A stretch of DNA of 64,000 bases from Methylotenera sp. (GCA_035460225.1 DATHWX010000022.1:42250-106249); one strand, 5' to 3'; positions 36,915-47,161 are shown, counted from the stretch's first letter. Translations and numbers: made by a program. The notes: generated by a model from the sequence alone, not told the origin.

Positions 36915-38567
36915 ATGATGCAACGTGATGTAATGAATTATGACGTATTGATTGTAGGCGGCGGCCCAGCAGGCCTGGCAGCTGCAATTCGTATCAAGCA
37001 ATTGGCACAGGCAGCAAGCCGTGAATTGAGCGTTTGTGTATTGGAAAAGGGCGCTGAAATCGGTGCACATATTCTTTCCGGCGCTATCATCGATCCGATT
37101 GCGATTAATGAATTGTTCCCAAACTGGCAAGAGCTTAAAGCGCCATTGAACACGCCGGTTACTGAAGACGGCTTTTTGTTACTCAGTAAGGAAAAATCCT
37201 GGAATATTCCGCATTGGGTCTTGCCGCCCATCATGCGTAACAAGGGTAACTATATCGCGAGTTTAAGCGACGTGTGTAAATGGCTGGCAGAGCAGGCAGA
37301 AGCTTTAGGTGTAGAAATATACGCAGGTTTTTCTGCACAGGAAATGCTTTACGATGAATCCGGCAAGGTCATTGGAATCATCACGGGTGATATGGGCCGA
37401 GCAGCCAATGGTGAACCTACCGCGCAGTTTGTGCAAGGGATCGAAATCCGTGCGCCTTATACCCTAATTGCGGAAGGTACGCGCGGCTCATTGACTCGCC
37501 AGTTAGAAAGTCAATATAACTTACGTACGACCCCCCAAAAATATGGCTTAGGTATCAAGGAAGTATGGCGTGTAACGCCGGAAAAGCATCGGCCGGGTTA
37601 TGCCGAGCATAGCTTGGGCTGGCCGTTGGATGCACAAACCGGTGGTGGTTCGTTCATTTATCATTATGGCGAGCAATTGGTATCTATCGGTTACGTGATT
37701 CACTTGGATTATGCCAATCCGCATCTATCGCCATTTGACGAATTCCAGCGCTTTAAAACGCACCCGACGATTAAGGCATTACTAAAAGACGGCAAACGTT
37801 TAAGTTATGGCGCCAAGACCATTAGCGAAGGCGGGCTGCAATCATGGCCGGAAATGATATTCCCTGGAGGTGCTTTAATTGGCTGTAGCGCCGGCATGGT
37901 AAACGTGCCGCGTATCAAAGGTAGTCATAATGCCATGAAATCCGGCATGCTGGCAGCCGAAGCTGTATTTGAGGCTTTAGGTAGTGAGGGCGAACCTCAG
38001 CCATTATTGACCGCTTACCCGCAAGCGCTTCGAAATTCATGGGTATGGCAGGACTTACACGCGGTACGTAATATCAAGCCTTTCCTATCCAGATTCGGCA
38101 CTTGGGCAGGCACGATGCTGGGCGGAATGGAGATGTGGCTGGGTGCATTCAATATTAAAACGCCTTGGACTTTGCAGCACCAGAAAGCTGACAACGAATG
38201 CCTTAAACCAGCCAATGAGATGCCAAAGATTCAATACCCAAAACCGGATGGCATTTATAGCTTCGATCGTCTGAATTCAATCAGTTTTAGCAATATTGCG
38301 CATGATGCAGATCAGCCATGTCATTTGCGCTTAAAGGACCAAACGATTCCTATCAGGGTAAATCTTGCAGAATTTGATGCTCCTGAGCAGCGCTATTGCC
38401 CGGCGGCGGTGTACGAGATTGTAAATAATGAGGCAAATGAACCTTACTTGCAAATTAATGCGCAGAATTGCATTCATTGTAAAACTTGCGATATTAAAGA
38501 CCCATTACAAAATATTGTTTGGGTTCCGCCTGAAGGTGGCAGTGGTCCGGTATTTACGGGAATGTAA
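36915..38567 (+). CDS. Electron transfer flavoprotein-ubiquinone oxidoreductase
   Basis: IVGGGPAG, GAHILSG, RIKGSHNAMKSG, YCPAAVYE, NCIHCKTCDIKDP. Confidence 0.95.
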   Translation: MMQRDVMNYDVLIVGGGPAGLAAAIRIKQLAQAASRELSVCVLEKGAEIGAHILSGAIIDPIAINELFPNWQELKAPLNTPVTEDGFLLLSKEKSWNIPHWVLPPIMRNKGNYIASLSDVCKWLAEQAEALGVEIYAGFSAQEMLYDESGKVIGIITGDMGRAANGEPTAQFVQGIEIRAPYTLIAEGTRGSLTRQLESQYNLRTTPQKYGLGIKEVWRVTPEKHRPGYAEHSLGWPLDAQTGGGSFIYHYGEQLVSIGYVIHLDYANPHLSPFDEFQRFKTHPTIKALLKDGKRLSYGAKTISEGGLQSWPEMIFPGGALIGCSAGMVNVPRIKGSHNAMKSGMLAAEAVFEALGSEGEPQPLLTAYPQALRNSWVWQDLHAVRNIKPFLSRFGTWAGTMLGGMEMWLGAFNIKTPWTLQHQKADNECLKPANEMPKIQYPKPDGIYSFDRLNSISFSNIAHDADQPCHLRLKDQTIPIRVNLAEFDAPEQRYCPAAVYEIVNNEANEPYLQINAQNCIHCKTCDIKDPLQNIVWVPPEGGSGPVFTGM

Positions 38568-38585
38568 TGGGTTGAAACGTAAAAT

Positions 38586-38629
38586 TATGCACCAAAGTAG
38601 AACGGAAGTTCATCCCACTTTGGTGCATA
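38586..38629. terminator. Long hairpin between convergent genes (terminator-like, no clear U tract)
   Basis: TATGCACCAAAGT (38586-38598) and ACTTTGGTGCATA (38617-38629) form a perfect 13-bp inverted repeat. Confidence 0.5.
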
Positions 38630-38631
38630 TG

Positions 38632-38997
38632 CTATCTTAATCCGCCAATATATTTGCTTGGATCTAAAGCACCATCGTCTTCTACCTCTTCGACTTCCGG
38701 TCCCGCTTCTTTTAACCAGTCATGGATATCGGCTTTTGCAGTTTCTTCCATCGATTTAGCAGGTACAGGAGCTATAACAGGCTTGACTACTGGTTTAGCC
38801 TCACCTGAAATAAGCTGCTCTAGGTGATCGGCATATTCGTTCAAGTCTTCCAACTTCTGTTCACGGCTGATCTTAATGATCTCGCGTGCGTAAGCATCAT
38901 TTTCGACCAGCCATTTAACATCGATGGTGCGGTTAATGCGGCGTCTTAATATCACGCCGATCAGCGCCGCAACGGACAATTTCTCGGTTGCACTCAT
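38632..38997 (-). CDS. Hypothetical protein abutting the amt stop codon
   Basis: 121-aa ORF whose ATG directly follows the amt TAA; no recognisable family. Confidence 0.7.
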   Translation of the reverse strand: MSATEKLSVAALIGVILRRRINRTIDVKWLVENDAYAREIIKISREQKLEDLNEYADHLEQLISGEAKPVVKPVIAPVPAKSMEETAKADIHDWLKEAGPEVEEVEDDGALDPSKYIGGLR

Positions 38998-40536
38998 TTA
39001 CATCACTCTTTCTGCATGCTGTGTTAAGTCTAGCCCGTCATGCTCTTCTTCAGCGTCTATGCGTAAACCAACAAACATATTCACCACAGTTAATATGATC
39101 AAGGTCATGATCGCGCTGTAAATCAGTGTGCCAAAGGCTGCCACCGTTTGCAGCATCAGGTTGGCATCAACACCGCTAATGGCTTTGTCTGCGAATACAC
39201 CAGTCAAGATAGCGCCTACCAGGCCACCTATGCCATGAATGCCGAACACATCCAGCGCATCATCTGCGCCTAATAAGCGTTTCAAGGCAGTAGCACCCCA
39301 GTAGCAGAATAAGCCGGCAGCTAAACCGATTGCCAGCGCACCATTTACATTCACGAAACCAGACGCCGGGGTAATCGCTACCAAACCTGCAACTGCGCCA
39401 GAAGCGAAGCCCAGCATGGTGATACGCGATTTGATGAAATATTCGATACCGATCCAGGTTAGCGCGGCAACTGCTGTAGCTACTTGCGTCACCAGCATCG
39501 CCATACCGGCACGGCCATCTGCTGCAACAGCAGAACCGGCATTGAAACCGAACCAGCCTACCCATAGCAAGGACGCACCTACTAAGGTATAAACAAGGTT
39601 ATAAGGGATGAAAGGGACTTTACCGAAACCTGCTCTAGGCCCAAGCATATAAGCGCATACTAGCCCAGCTGCACCAGCATTGATGTGCACTACGGTACCG
39701 CCGGCAAAGTCCAGCACGCCTTTTGAAGCGAGTAAACCTGATGGTTCCCACACCCAGTGAGCGACTGGTGCATAAACTAATATAGACCAAAGGCTCATGA
39801 ACATTAGCATTGCGGTAAAGCGCATGCGCTCAGCAAAAGCACCTACGATCAAAGCCGGTGTGATGATGGCGAATGTCATTTGGAACATGACAAAAACTGA
39901 TTCAGGAATAGTAGGTGCGATATGGCTCACGCTCAGCATGCTGGTAGCTTTAATATAGCTCAAGCCATTGAGTAATATGCGGTCAAAACTTCCTAGAAAG
40001 GGCGTAGAACCTGGAGTAAATGCCAGGCTATAGCCCAACACTACCCAGATCACTGTTACCAGGCAACAGATCGCAAAACTCTGTAACGCAGTAGAAAGCA
40101 CATTTTTCTTACGCACCATACCTGCATAAAACAGCACCAGACCAGGGATTGTCATGAGTAACACCAATGCCGTGGAAGTCAGCATCCATGCGGTGTCACC
40201 AGAGCTGATCTTGTCAAATCCCACTTCAAAAGGCGCTGTTGGCGGGGGTGGGGGCGGTGCTTCTACAACCGGCGCCGGTGCTGGAACAGGGGCTACCACA
40301 GCGGGCGGTGGCACTACTGCATCTACCGGTGTCGCAGTCATATCCGTTGGGGTAGCGGCTACATCACTAGCGGGCGCCGGAGAATTAGGGTCTGCTGCTG
40401 TAGGAGTTGGATTGGCGGGTACCGTTACTGCGCTTGGAGTCGCGGTGGTAGTGTCCGCTAGCGCTGGTACGGTTGCAGATAACATAACAGCAGCAACAAA
40501 AAGCCAGCGTGTAAGAGTGTTTTTTCTGCGATTCAT
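38998..40536 (-). CDS. amt: Ammonium transporter with signal peptide and long Pro/Thr/Ala-rich N-terminal extension
   Basis: GDTAWML, FQMTFAIIT, DFAGGTVVH, WFGFNAGS, DDALDVFGIHG (twin-His intact). Confidence 0.95.
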   Translation of the reverse strand: MNRRKNTLTRWLFVAAVMLSATVPALADTTTATPSAVTVPANPTPTAADPNSPAPASDVAATPTDMTATPVDAVVPPPAVVAPVPAPAPVVEAPPPPPPTAPFEVGFDKISSGDTAWMLTSTALVLLMTIPGLVLFYAGMVRKKNVLSTALQSFAICCLVTVIWVVLGYSLAFTPGSTPFLGSFDRILLNGLSYIKATSMLSVSHIAPTIPESVFVMFQMTFAIITPALIVGAFAERMRFTAMLMFMSLWSILVYAPVAHWVWEPSGLLASKGVLDFAGGTVVHINAGAAGLVCAYMLGPRAGFGKVPFIPYNLVYTLVGASLLWVGWFGFNAGSAVAADGRAGMAMLVTQVATAVAALTWIGIEYFIKSRITMLGFASGAVAGLVAITPASGFVNVNGALAIGLAAGLFCYWGATALKRLLGADDALDVFGIHGIGGLVGAILTGVFADKAISGVDANLMLQTVAAFGTLIYSAIMTLIILTVVNMFVGLRIDAEEEHDGLDLTQHAERVM

Positions 40537-40636
40537 ATATTCCCTTATTTAAGTAATATTTTGTTTGTATAGGCTCAGCAATAGGTCGCTGTATACAGTT
40601 TTTTCTCTTTGTTATAAGTCTTTGCAATTAATATTT

Positions 40637-40652
40637 AGCAAAAACTGTGCCC
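40637..40652 (-). promoter_or_regulatory. Sigma-54 -24/-12 promoter for amt
   Basis: Minus strand gGGCACAGTTTTTGCT (GG-N10-GC), about 100 bp upstream of the amt start. Confidence 0.75.
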
Positions 40653-40667
40653 TTTATGAAGATTGAC

Positions 40668-41387
40668 CTAAACGAAATTCAACGGCGAGTATTTAGCACT
40701 CACATTTTGCTGTTCCGTTTCCTTAATGGCTTGTATCAAAAGAGCTTCTGCCTCATTTTTACCGATCTCATCCACCAACCACGAACGCAAGTGTTTCAAG
40801 AAAGTTTTTAACTGATCCGGCCTATAACTGCGCATTTGCGTAGTGGTGCCGGAATCAATCAGGATAATGATCTGCTGCTGCTGGGTTTCTGACCACGGCA
40901 TGCTCTCTATCAGCTCATTCAGGAACGGATGCATGGCTTGGCTCGTTTCTGTGCTGTAAGCCTTTACCAGCTTCAATATTTTGACGAACAGGTATTCAAA
41001 GGTCTGGAAATCCGGAGTGCTAATTGGCTGATCCATTAAAATCGATTGGTCTGGCTCAGGCGTAGATTCCACCGCATTTACAGGCTTTTTCGGCTCTTCT
41101 TTGCCGGCTGGCATTTTATCTTTGTAGAACAGTGCCCGATTGAGTGCCCTGACCAAATCACGTTGTTTATCATCCTTATCGTAATTTTTACAAACATCAC
41201 GTGCAAAGCTGTTTAATCCATTGAAAGCAGAGCCTGTCTCATTGATAAATGTAGACCATTTTTCAAGCGCCTCAGTAGCTTGGGCTTCTGTCAAAATGCT
41301 CGTTAACCCAATGAAAAACGCCTTACGCTGGATTTGCTGGGATGATGTGAGTGAATCTGCGGAATTAGCGTCTAAAGTATTCGCCAT
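40668..41387 (-). CDS. Hypothetical soluble protein
   Basis: 239-aa ORF with a gaggag RBS upstream; no recognisable motif. Confidence 0.75.
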   Translation of the reverse strand: MANTLDANSADSLTSSQQIQRKAFFIGLTSILTEAQATEALEKWSTFINETGSAFNGLNSFARDVCKNYDKDDKQRDLVRALNRALFYKDKMPAGKEEPKKPVNAVESTPEPDQSILMDQPISTPDFQTFEYLFVKILKLVKAYSTETSQAMHPFLNELIESMPWSETQQQQIIILIDSGTTTQMRSYRPDQLKTFLKHLRSWLVDEIGKNEAEALLIQAIKETEQQNVSAKYSPLNFV

Positions 41388-41605
41388 GATGTAAAAATAT
41401 TCTCCTCGTTAAAAATATTTACTTAGCTTGATTTATTATTTCTATAATCATAAAAAAGCAAAATGCATACCACACTTAATAATTAAGACCGAATAACTAG
41501 ACGGACCTAATTAGATAAAACTAAAAGTGGGTATGTAACATCCAATGAAATTACCGATAAATTCTTGGTGAACATAACAACCATAAAAACTGCGAGGAGA
41601 AAGCA

Positions 41606-42049
41606 ATGATTACTTGGAAAGAAGTATTGGAATTTGCAAGGAACGGCAATCCTAAACCAGATCAAAAAGTGGTGAAGACTGATCAAGAATGGCATCAGCA
41701 ATTATCGGATGAGCAATACAGGGTGACACGACAAGCTGGTACTGAGCGCGCTTTCAGTTCAGCCTTATGTAACCTGTTCGAGCCAGGCATCTATAGCTGT
41801 CTATGCTGCGGTACTTTGTTATTCGACGCGACAGAGAAATTTGATTCTGGTACTGGCTGGCCTTCCTTCTCCCAACCTATCAAAGAGAACGCAATTGCTT
41901 ACCGCCTGGATAATGCGCATGGCATGGCAAGGGTGGAAACCGTTTGCAATACCTGCGATGCGCATCTAGGACATGTGTTTCCGGATGGACCAGGCAGGAG
42001 TGGCCTGCGTTACTGTATGAATGCAGTCGCCTTACAAAAAAACAAATAG
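41606..42049 (+). CDS. msrB: Peptide-methionine (R)-S-oxide reductase MsrB
   Basis: GTERAF, CLCC, KFDSGTGWPSF, CDAHLGHVFPDGP, RYCMN. Confidence 0.96.
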   Translation: MITWKEVLEFARNGNPKPDQKVVKTDQEWHQQLSDEQYRVTRQAGTERAFSSALCNLFEPGIYSCLCCGTLLFDATEKFDSGTGWPSFSQPIKENAIAYRLDNAHGMARVETVCNTCDAHLGHVFPDGPGRSGLRYCMNAVALQKNK

Positions 42050-42072
42050 GACTTGCTTGCCTCGAGTAAGAG

Positions 42073-43455
42073 TTATTCTTTACTGAATATCTTGTAATTA
42101 TTCCTGCCGCTGGCTTTTACGTCATATAAAGCCATATCAGCTTCCTTCATCAGGCTTTTCACGGTGCCCGGTGTTTGCGGTGCATGGATAGAAATTCCGA
42201 TGCTGATGCCGATGAGGGTATCCATACCCATAATGGCAACCGGATGTTCAAAACTAGCAAATATCTTTTTAGCGACCAGTTCAATATCGTTCTTATAGGC
42301 CAAATGCTCGATCAGGATCACAAACTCATCACCGCCTATGCGGCTTAATGTATCGACATCACGAATGCTGTCCAATAATTTAGCCGCAACGGTTTTAAGT
42401 AGTTCGTCACCGAAATCGTGTCCGTAAGTATCATTTATTTTTTTAAAGTGATCGATATCAATAAACATGATGCCAAAAAAGCGGTCCAGTCGCTTGCTCT
42501 GCGCCAGGGCTTGATCCATGCGGTCATACAGCAGGCGTCGGTTAGCAAGCCCTGTGAGGCTGTCATACATGGCATGGGAGGCTAATGTGGTTCTTTCTTT
42601 AAGGAAGAAGAACACGATATAAGCGAATAAAATGCTGAAGCCTAGGACTAAGCCCTTGATGACGTTAGGCATTACGGCGTCTTTCTCAGAAGAATCCAGC
42701 AGCGCCCATTCCCATTCGCCATTGGGGACAACACCGATTGTGATATAAGCTTTCGGATTACGGAATAGCCCGTCATCTCCGTAAAAAGCTTTGTTCACTT
42801 GGTCAGTGGTTTGTTTTATGCGGATAGCAAATTGGTAGCGGTTTCCAGCATCGCTGAATGCTGATTGCAAAAACGAAGGTGTATCAATGACTGTAGATAA
42901 CAATCCCCAGTACTCGCCATCGACAAATACAGGATAGCGGTAGATCAATCCTTTGCCGCCTTGGATTAAATCCAGCGGCCCAGCTAATACGCCTTCCTTG
43001 GTATCAATCGCCTTTTCAACTTGCGGCCATTGTTTGGGCAAGTTATGGTAATCCACGCCAATAATCTGCCTATTGGTTTCAATGGGATACACATAAGTAA
43101 TGCGCGTTTTAACTGCCACAGCGAAGTTACGTACATGTTTGGTACGAGAATACAAATCCGCAAGGATCGCTTGCATCTTGTCTGTTTCAATATTGGGGTA
43201 ATAAACCGTGATGTAACTTGATAGCCCTGATGACATGAATAATATCGAATTCAGGTCTCGATCGATTTTCGATTTAAGGATATTGGCAAAGTTGTTAGCT
43301 TCTATTCTTTGCTGGGCTTGTATCTTGGTGGATTGGGCGGCGATGAGGTAATCAAAGATAATCACGAATAAAAAGAAAGTAACGACTGCATAACCTAGTG
43401 GAGCCAGGTTTCTTTTCAACGTAATACGAAATTTTCCAAAATTATAATAATTCAT
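42073..43455 (-). CDS. CHASE-sensor diguanylate cyclase
   Basis: Two TM helices flank a periplasmic CHASE-like domain (AGPLDLIQGG); DSLTGLANR, RIGGDEF. Confidence 0.9.
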   Translation of the reverse strand: MNYYNFGKFRITLKRNLAPLGYAVVTFFLFVIIFDYLIAAQSTKIQAQQRIEANNFANILKSKIDRDLNSILFMSSGLSSYITVYYPNIETDKMQAILADLYSRTKHVRNFAVAVKTRITYVYPIETNRQIIGVDYHNLPKQWPQVEKAIDTKEGVLAGPLDLIQGGKGLIYRYPVFVDGEYWGLLSTVIDTPSFLQSAFSDAGNRYQFAIRIKQTTDQVNKAFYGDDGLFRNPKAYITIGVVPNGEWEWALLDSSEKDAVMPNVIKGLVLGFSILFAYIVFFFLKERTTLASHAMYDSLTGLANRRLLYDRMDQALAQSKRLDRFFGIMFIDIDHFKKINDTYGHDFGDELLKTVAAKLLDSIRDVDTLSRIGGDEFVILIEHLAYKNDIELVAKKIFASFEHPVAIMGMDTLIGISIGISIHAPQTPGTVKSLMKEADMALYDVKASGRNNYKIFSKE

Positions 43456-43570
43456 CTTATTGCCATTTTAAGCTCATGATAGCTTATATCACTTCAGGAA
43501 TATACGATGCTAGGCGCTGTAACTCAAAAGGGTGACACGAGTGCTTTAAAAAACATAACTTCAGAAACCG

Positions 43571-44872
43571 TTACTCAATGACCTCCCAGGCATTGATCGC
43601 TTTATCTTTAATATTCTCAGGTGGCAAATGCGTGTAGTGATAATGCCTGCCGCCTAGCCATAGCCCTAAACCAATTAGGGCAAAGCTCAATTGGCCGATG
43701 GCTAACCATAATACTGAGTGCACAAGAAAAGGCGCAATGAGCCCTGAAACTACCGCACCTAGCATGGTCTGCGTGAATGATTGGCAAGAGGCTACCGTGC
43801 CACGTATCTTAGGGAAAAGATCCATCACTAATAAGGTCAATATTGGCGCAATCAACGACATGCCTAAAGTATAGAAAAACAAAGGGATCACTGACCACGG
43901 AATGGCAGGGGGAAAGAAGGCGTGGTACACCACATTAGCCAACGATGCGCCTATTAACAACGAATAGCCCATAAACATCAATTTACCTATGGAGACCTTA
44001 CCCGCAAGGCGATTGGCAGTTAAAGCGCCTAAAAAGATACCGCCCACTGCCGGAATGAACTGCCAAGCGAATTGTTCAGGGCCTAAGCCCAAATGTTTGG
44101 TAATAAAAACCGGGGCTGCGGCCACATATAAAAACAAGCCAGCGAAATTGAATGCGATTGCACCTGCTTTTAATTGAAATAATGGCGAGCGGAATATCTG
44201 CTTATAACTAAAGGCCAGGAAATGCGGGTTAAATGGCGTTCGTTTATTGGCGGGCAATGTCTCCGGCAGTTTTTTATAACAATACCAAAGTAGCAGCGAG
44301 GTGTAGACAAACAGGATCAGGAAAATAGTGCGCCAGTCATATAGCTTGACGATCCAGCCACCGAGAATAGGTGCAATGGCTGGGGCGATAGAAAATATCA
44401 TGGTTACCAGCGATAACAGGCGCGCCGCAGGCACGTCGGAATAGATGTCACGTATAATTGCACGGCCAACTACCACACCAGCACCAGCTGACAAGCCTTG
44501 CAGCATTCGGAATGCCCATAGGTACTCCACGCTATGTGCCGCAGCACAGCCCAGGGTGGCAACGGCAAAGACAGCTAAAGAAACCAAGATGATATTCCGC
44601 CTGCCAAATGCATCCGCTAACGAGCCATGCCATAAAATCATGATGGCGAACGAAAACATATAGGCTGTAAGCGTCTGCTGGACTTCTACCAGGGTTGCTC
44701 CTAATGAAGCCTCAATATTTGGGAAAGCGGGCAGGTAAGTATCTACCGAAAATGGCCCGAGCATGGCCAATGCGGCTAGCATTAATGCAAGCATATTGCT
44801 GGAAGGCAGTGGAATAACGCTAGGTGGCACTGTTGGTAATGCTGACGAGTTTTTTTTGGTTTCTATGGACAT
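43571..44872 (-). CDS. Bcr/CflA-family MFS efflux transporter
   Basis: GPFSVDTYLPAFP, DAFGRR, RAIIRD, APAIAPILGG; about 12 TM helices. Confidence 0.9.
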   Translation of the reverse strand: MSIETKKNSSALPTVPPSVIPLPSSNMLALMLAALAMLGPFSVDTYLPAFPNIEASLGATLVEVQQTLTAYMFSFAIMILWHGSLADAFGRRNIILVSLAVFAVATLGCAAAHSVEYLWAFRMLQGLSAGAGVVVGRAIIRDIYSDVPAARLLSLVTMIFSIAPAIAPILGGWIVKLYDWRTIFLILFVYTSLLLWYCYKKLPETLPANKRTPFNPHFLAFSYKQIFRSPLFQLKAGAIAFNFAGLFLYVAAAPVFITKHLGLGPEQFAWQFIPAVGGIFLGALTANRLAGKVSIGKLMFMGYSLLIGASLANVVYHAFFPPAIPWSVIPLFFYTLGMSLIAPILTLLVMDLFPKIRGTVASCQSFTQTMLGAVVSGLIAPFLVHSVLWLAIGQLSFALIGLGLWLGGRHYHYTHLPPENIKDKAINAWEVIE

Positions 44873-45017
44873 AATTATTGTTATTACTGTTTGTCTCTTG
44901 GCTTAGGCTCGTTGTTTTAAGTCTCGTTAGGCTTAGATAATCTTATGCTTGAATTTGTTTTGAATTTTTATATTACTACTAGATGTGATTGTTAATTATC
45001 CAAATAGTTTGCGAACA

Positions 45018-46217
45018 TTAATGGTGATGTGTCCTACCAATTAATCCTAAACCGAATTTATATAAGCCATAAGCGACCCAGGAAAGTATGCGCTTGGTTG
45101 TATGCCCACTCATCCATCGGTAAGGATTCACGCGATGTGCACTGTCAGTAATACATGTGAGCAAATCATTTCTCAGTATATTTGCAAAGTTTGAGTCGCG
45201 AATAACGACATTGGCTTCCTGTGCAAGCAGCAAGCTAAATGGATCAATATTAGAGGACCCCACAGTAGCCCAATAACTATCAATCACGGCGACTTTGCTA
45301 TGCATGAAGCCTTGGCGGTATTCATAGATCTCGATGCCATTTTTTAACAGGATGTTATAAAAAGCATGGGTTGCGAACATCATGAAATATTCCATGCGGC
45401 CTTGCAGCAGTAATACTACTTTTACATTACGTTTGGCTGCCGCAATCAAAGCATGACGAAATCGGCGTCCCGGCATGAAGTAAGCATTGGCGATAATGAT
45501 CTCGGTTTTAGCTTCACGGATCGCCTGCAAGTAAGTTTGTTCGATATCATGCTTATGGAAAATATTATCCCTGATCACAAATGCAGCTTCGATACCGTCT
45601 TCCATGGTCTCGGTTACATGCGGTTGTACCTGTTTTTGCCGGAACTGGTTTGGGTTTAACTTTGAAGATAATTCTGACGCCCAATCGGCACTCCAGTTAG
45701 GTCTCCAATAAGTACGCTGCCACATTTTTTTCACGCTGACCGTTAACTGGGTCAGTAAATTGCCTTCGATGCGCAATGCATAATCCAGGCGCGGCGGGGT
45801 TTTATCGGGTGTTTCACAATCGTTGATAATATTGATACCACCTACAAACCCGATTTTCCCATCTATTACCGTTACCTTGCGATGTAGCCGGCGCAGCCGG
45901 TTTCTTTTAAACGTCCAAGGCGATACCTGAGGTCGGTAAAACCTGACTTGGACGCCTGCATCTTTAAGTTCCTGTATAAAGCTGCGCGATAGCTCTTTGC
46001 TGCCAAATCCATCGATCAATAGGTAGGCTTTAATGCCGCGCTGTGCTGCTTGCTTTAGTGTATCGCCAATCATCCTGCCGGTTTCATCGTCGGCGTAGAT
46101 ATAAGTCTGGATATAGATTTCCTGCTGCGCCTGATTGATCGCATTAACCAAAGCAGGGAAGAAATCGCTGCCATTCCTTAGCAGCTCAATGTGGTTACCT
46201 TTTACAAAATGAATCAT
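45018..46217 (-). CDS. clsB: Cardiolipin synthase ClsB
   Basis: Two HKD motifs (HRKVTVID, HSKVAVID), no N-terminal TM; coupled to the ybhP-like gene. Confidence 0.9.
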   Translation of the reverse strand: MIHFVKGNHIELLRNGSDFFPALVNAINQAQQEIYIQTYIYADDETGRMIGDTLKQAAQRGIKAYLLIDGFGSKELSRSFIQELKDAGVQVRFYRPQVSPWTFKRNRLRRLHRKVTVIDGKIGFVGGINIINDCETPDKTPPRLDYALRIEGNLLTQLTVSVKKMWQRTYWRPNWSADWASELSSKLNPNQFRQKQVQPHVTETMEDGIEAAFVIRDNIFHKHDIEQTYLQAIREAKTEIIIANAYFMPGRRFRHALIAAAKRNVKVVLLLQGRMEYFMMFATHAFYNILLKNGIEIYEYRQGFMHSKVAVIDSYWATVGSSNIDPFSLLLAQEANVVIRDSNFANILRNDLLTCITDSAHRVNPYRWMSGHTTKRILSWVAYGLYKFGLGLIGRTHHH

Positions 46218-46984
46218 TTGGATAATGTTTCAGCAGGCTTAACGAGCTTTGTGGTGAGCACGGCATGGTCAGAAAGCTTAAGAAATCGCGGCCCTGAATG
46301 CACTTCAGCATGCTCGATTTCTAGCCCACGCACGTAAATACGATCTAAAGTCAGCATTGGTAACCATGACGGAAAACTTTTGGCGACTCTGCCGGTGTGA
46401 CGCTCAAATACCTCATGTAGATGCAAGCGCGAGGCAAAGATCTTCCCGCCACGTGTATTCCAATCGTTGAAATCGCCTGCTATCACCAATGGCGCTGTGA
46501 GCGGAATATGTTTCTCAATGTAAGAAGCAACGGTGAACAGTTGCTGTTTACGCCAATGTGCGAATAAACCCAGGTGCAAGCAAATGGCATGCAGCGGTTT
46601 ATCCCAACCAGGGACTTCAAGTTCGCAATGCAACATTCCGCGCTGTTCAGAAGTATGGGCGGAAATATTAACATTATGTGTTTTGATGATAGGGAATTTA
46701 GAGAGCAGGGCGTTACCGTGATGCCCTGCTGGATACACCGCATTTTTTCCGTATACATATTGGCCCCAGCTCTCATTCGCCAGAAACTCAGTCTGGCCCG
46801 CGGCCGGCCACGAGCCAAAGCGTTTGCTATGCGGTAAATGCGCATCACGGACTTCCTGCAAGAAGACCACATCTACATTGAGGGTGCGCAATAATTCACG
46901 CTGATTTTCCAGTGAAAACTTTGCACTGAAGTGGGTGACGCCTTTGTGGATGTTGAAGGTGGCGACGTGTAAGGTGTTTTGCAT
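46214..46984 (-). CDS. EEP-family phosphatase/nuclease (YbhP-like)
   Basis: TFNIHKG, FLQEV, HHGNALLS, AGDFND, LDRIYVR, LSDH. Start at Met17 of the ORF. Confidence 0.88.
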   Translation of the reverse strand: MQNTLHVATFNIHKGVTHFSAKFSLENQRELLRTLNVDVVFLQEVRDAHLPHSKRFGSWPAAGQTEFLANESWGQYVYGKNAVYPAGHHGNALLSKFPIIKTHNVNISAHTSEQRGMLHCELEVPGWDKPLHAICLHLGLFAHWRKQQLFTVASYIEKHIPLTAPLVIAGDFNDWNTRGGKIFASRLHLHEVFERHTGRVAKSFPSWLPMLTLDRIYVRGLEIEHAEVHSGPRFLKLSDHAVLTTKLVKPAETLSK

Positions 46985-47065
46985 TTTTTTCCCGTGCTTT
47001 AAACAACTGAAAGCTAAGGTAACACGAAGCATCCATTTGTTGAATGATAAAAAGTCCTCTTTGAC

Positions 47066-47132
47066 TGTAAGAAAGAACTGACATGAAATTAAGAAATTTC
47101 CTAGTTTTATTGCGATTCAATTCTTTTACCAT
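47066..47132 (+). promoter_or_regulatory. Tandem boxes plus -10 element in the ybhP / DUF4142 divergent region
   Basis: TGTAAG-AAAGAA-CTGACA (47066-47083) and ATTAAG-AAATTT-CCTAGT (47088-47105); TACCAT at 47127 is 21 nt downstream. Confidence 0.65.
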
Positions 47133-47161
47133 ATTCAAAATCGTTAAAAAGGAAACTAATC

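Noticed and set aside
38586-38629. TGCACCA...TGGTGCA as an NtrC site
   Set aside because: The half-sites are far further apart than in the 17-bp NtrC box and lie between convergent 3' ends; better explained as an RNA hairpin.
40241-40258. G-rich run in amt as a phase-variable tract
   Set aside because: The runs are short and interrupted, encode poly-proline, and the frame is intact.
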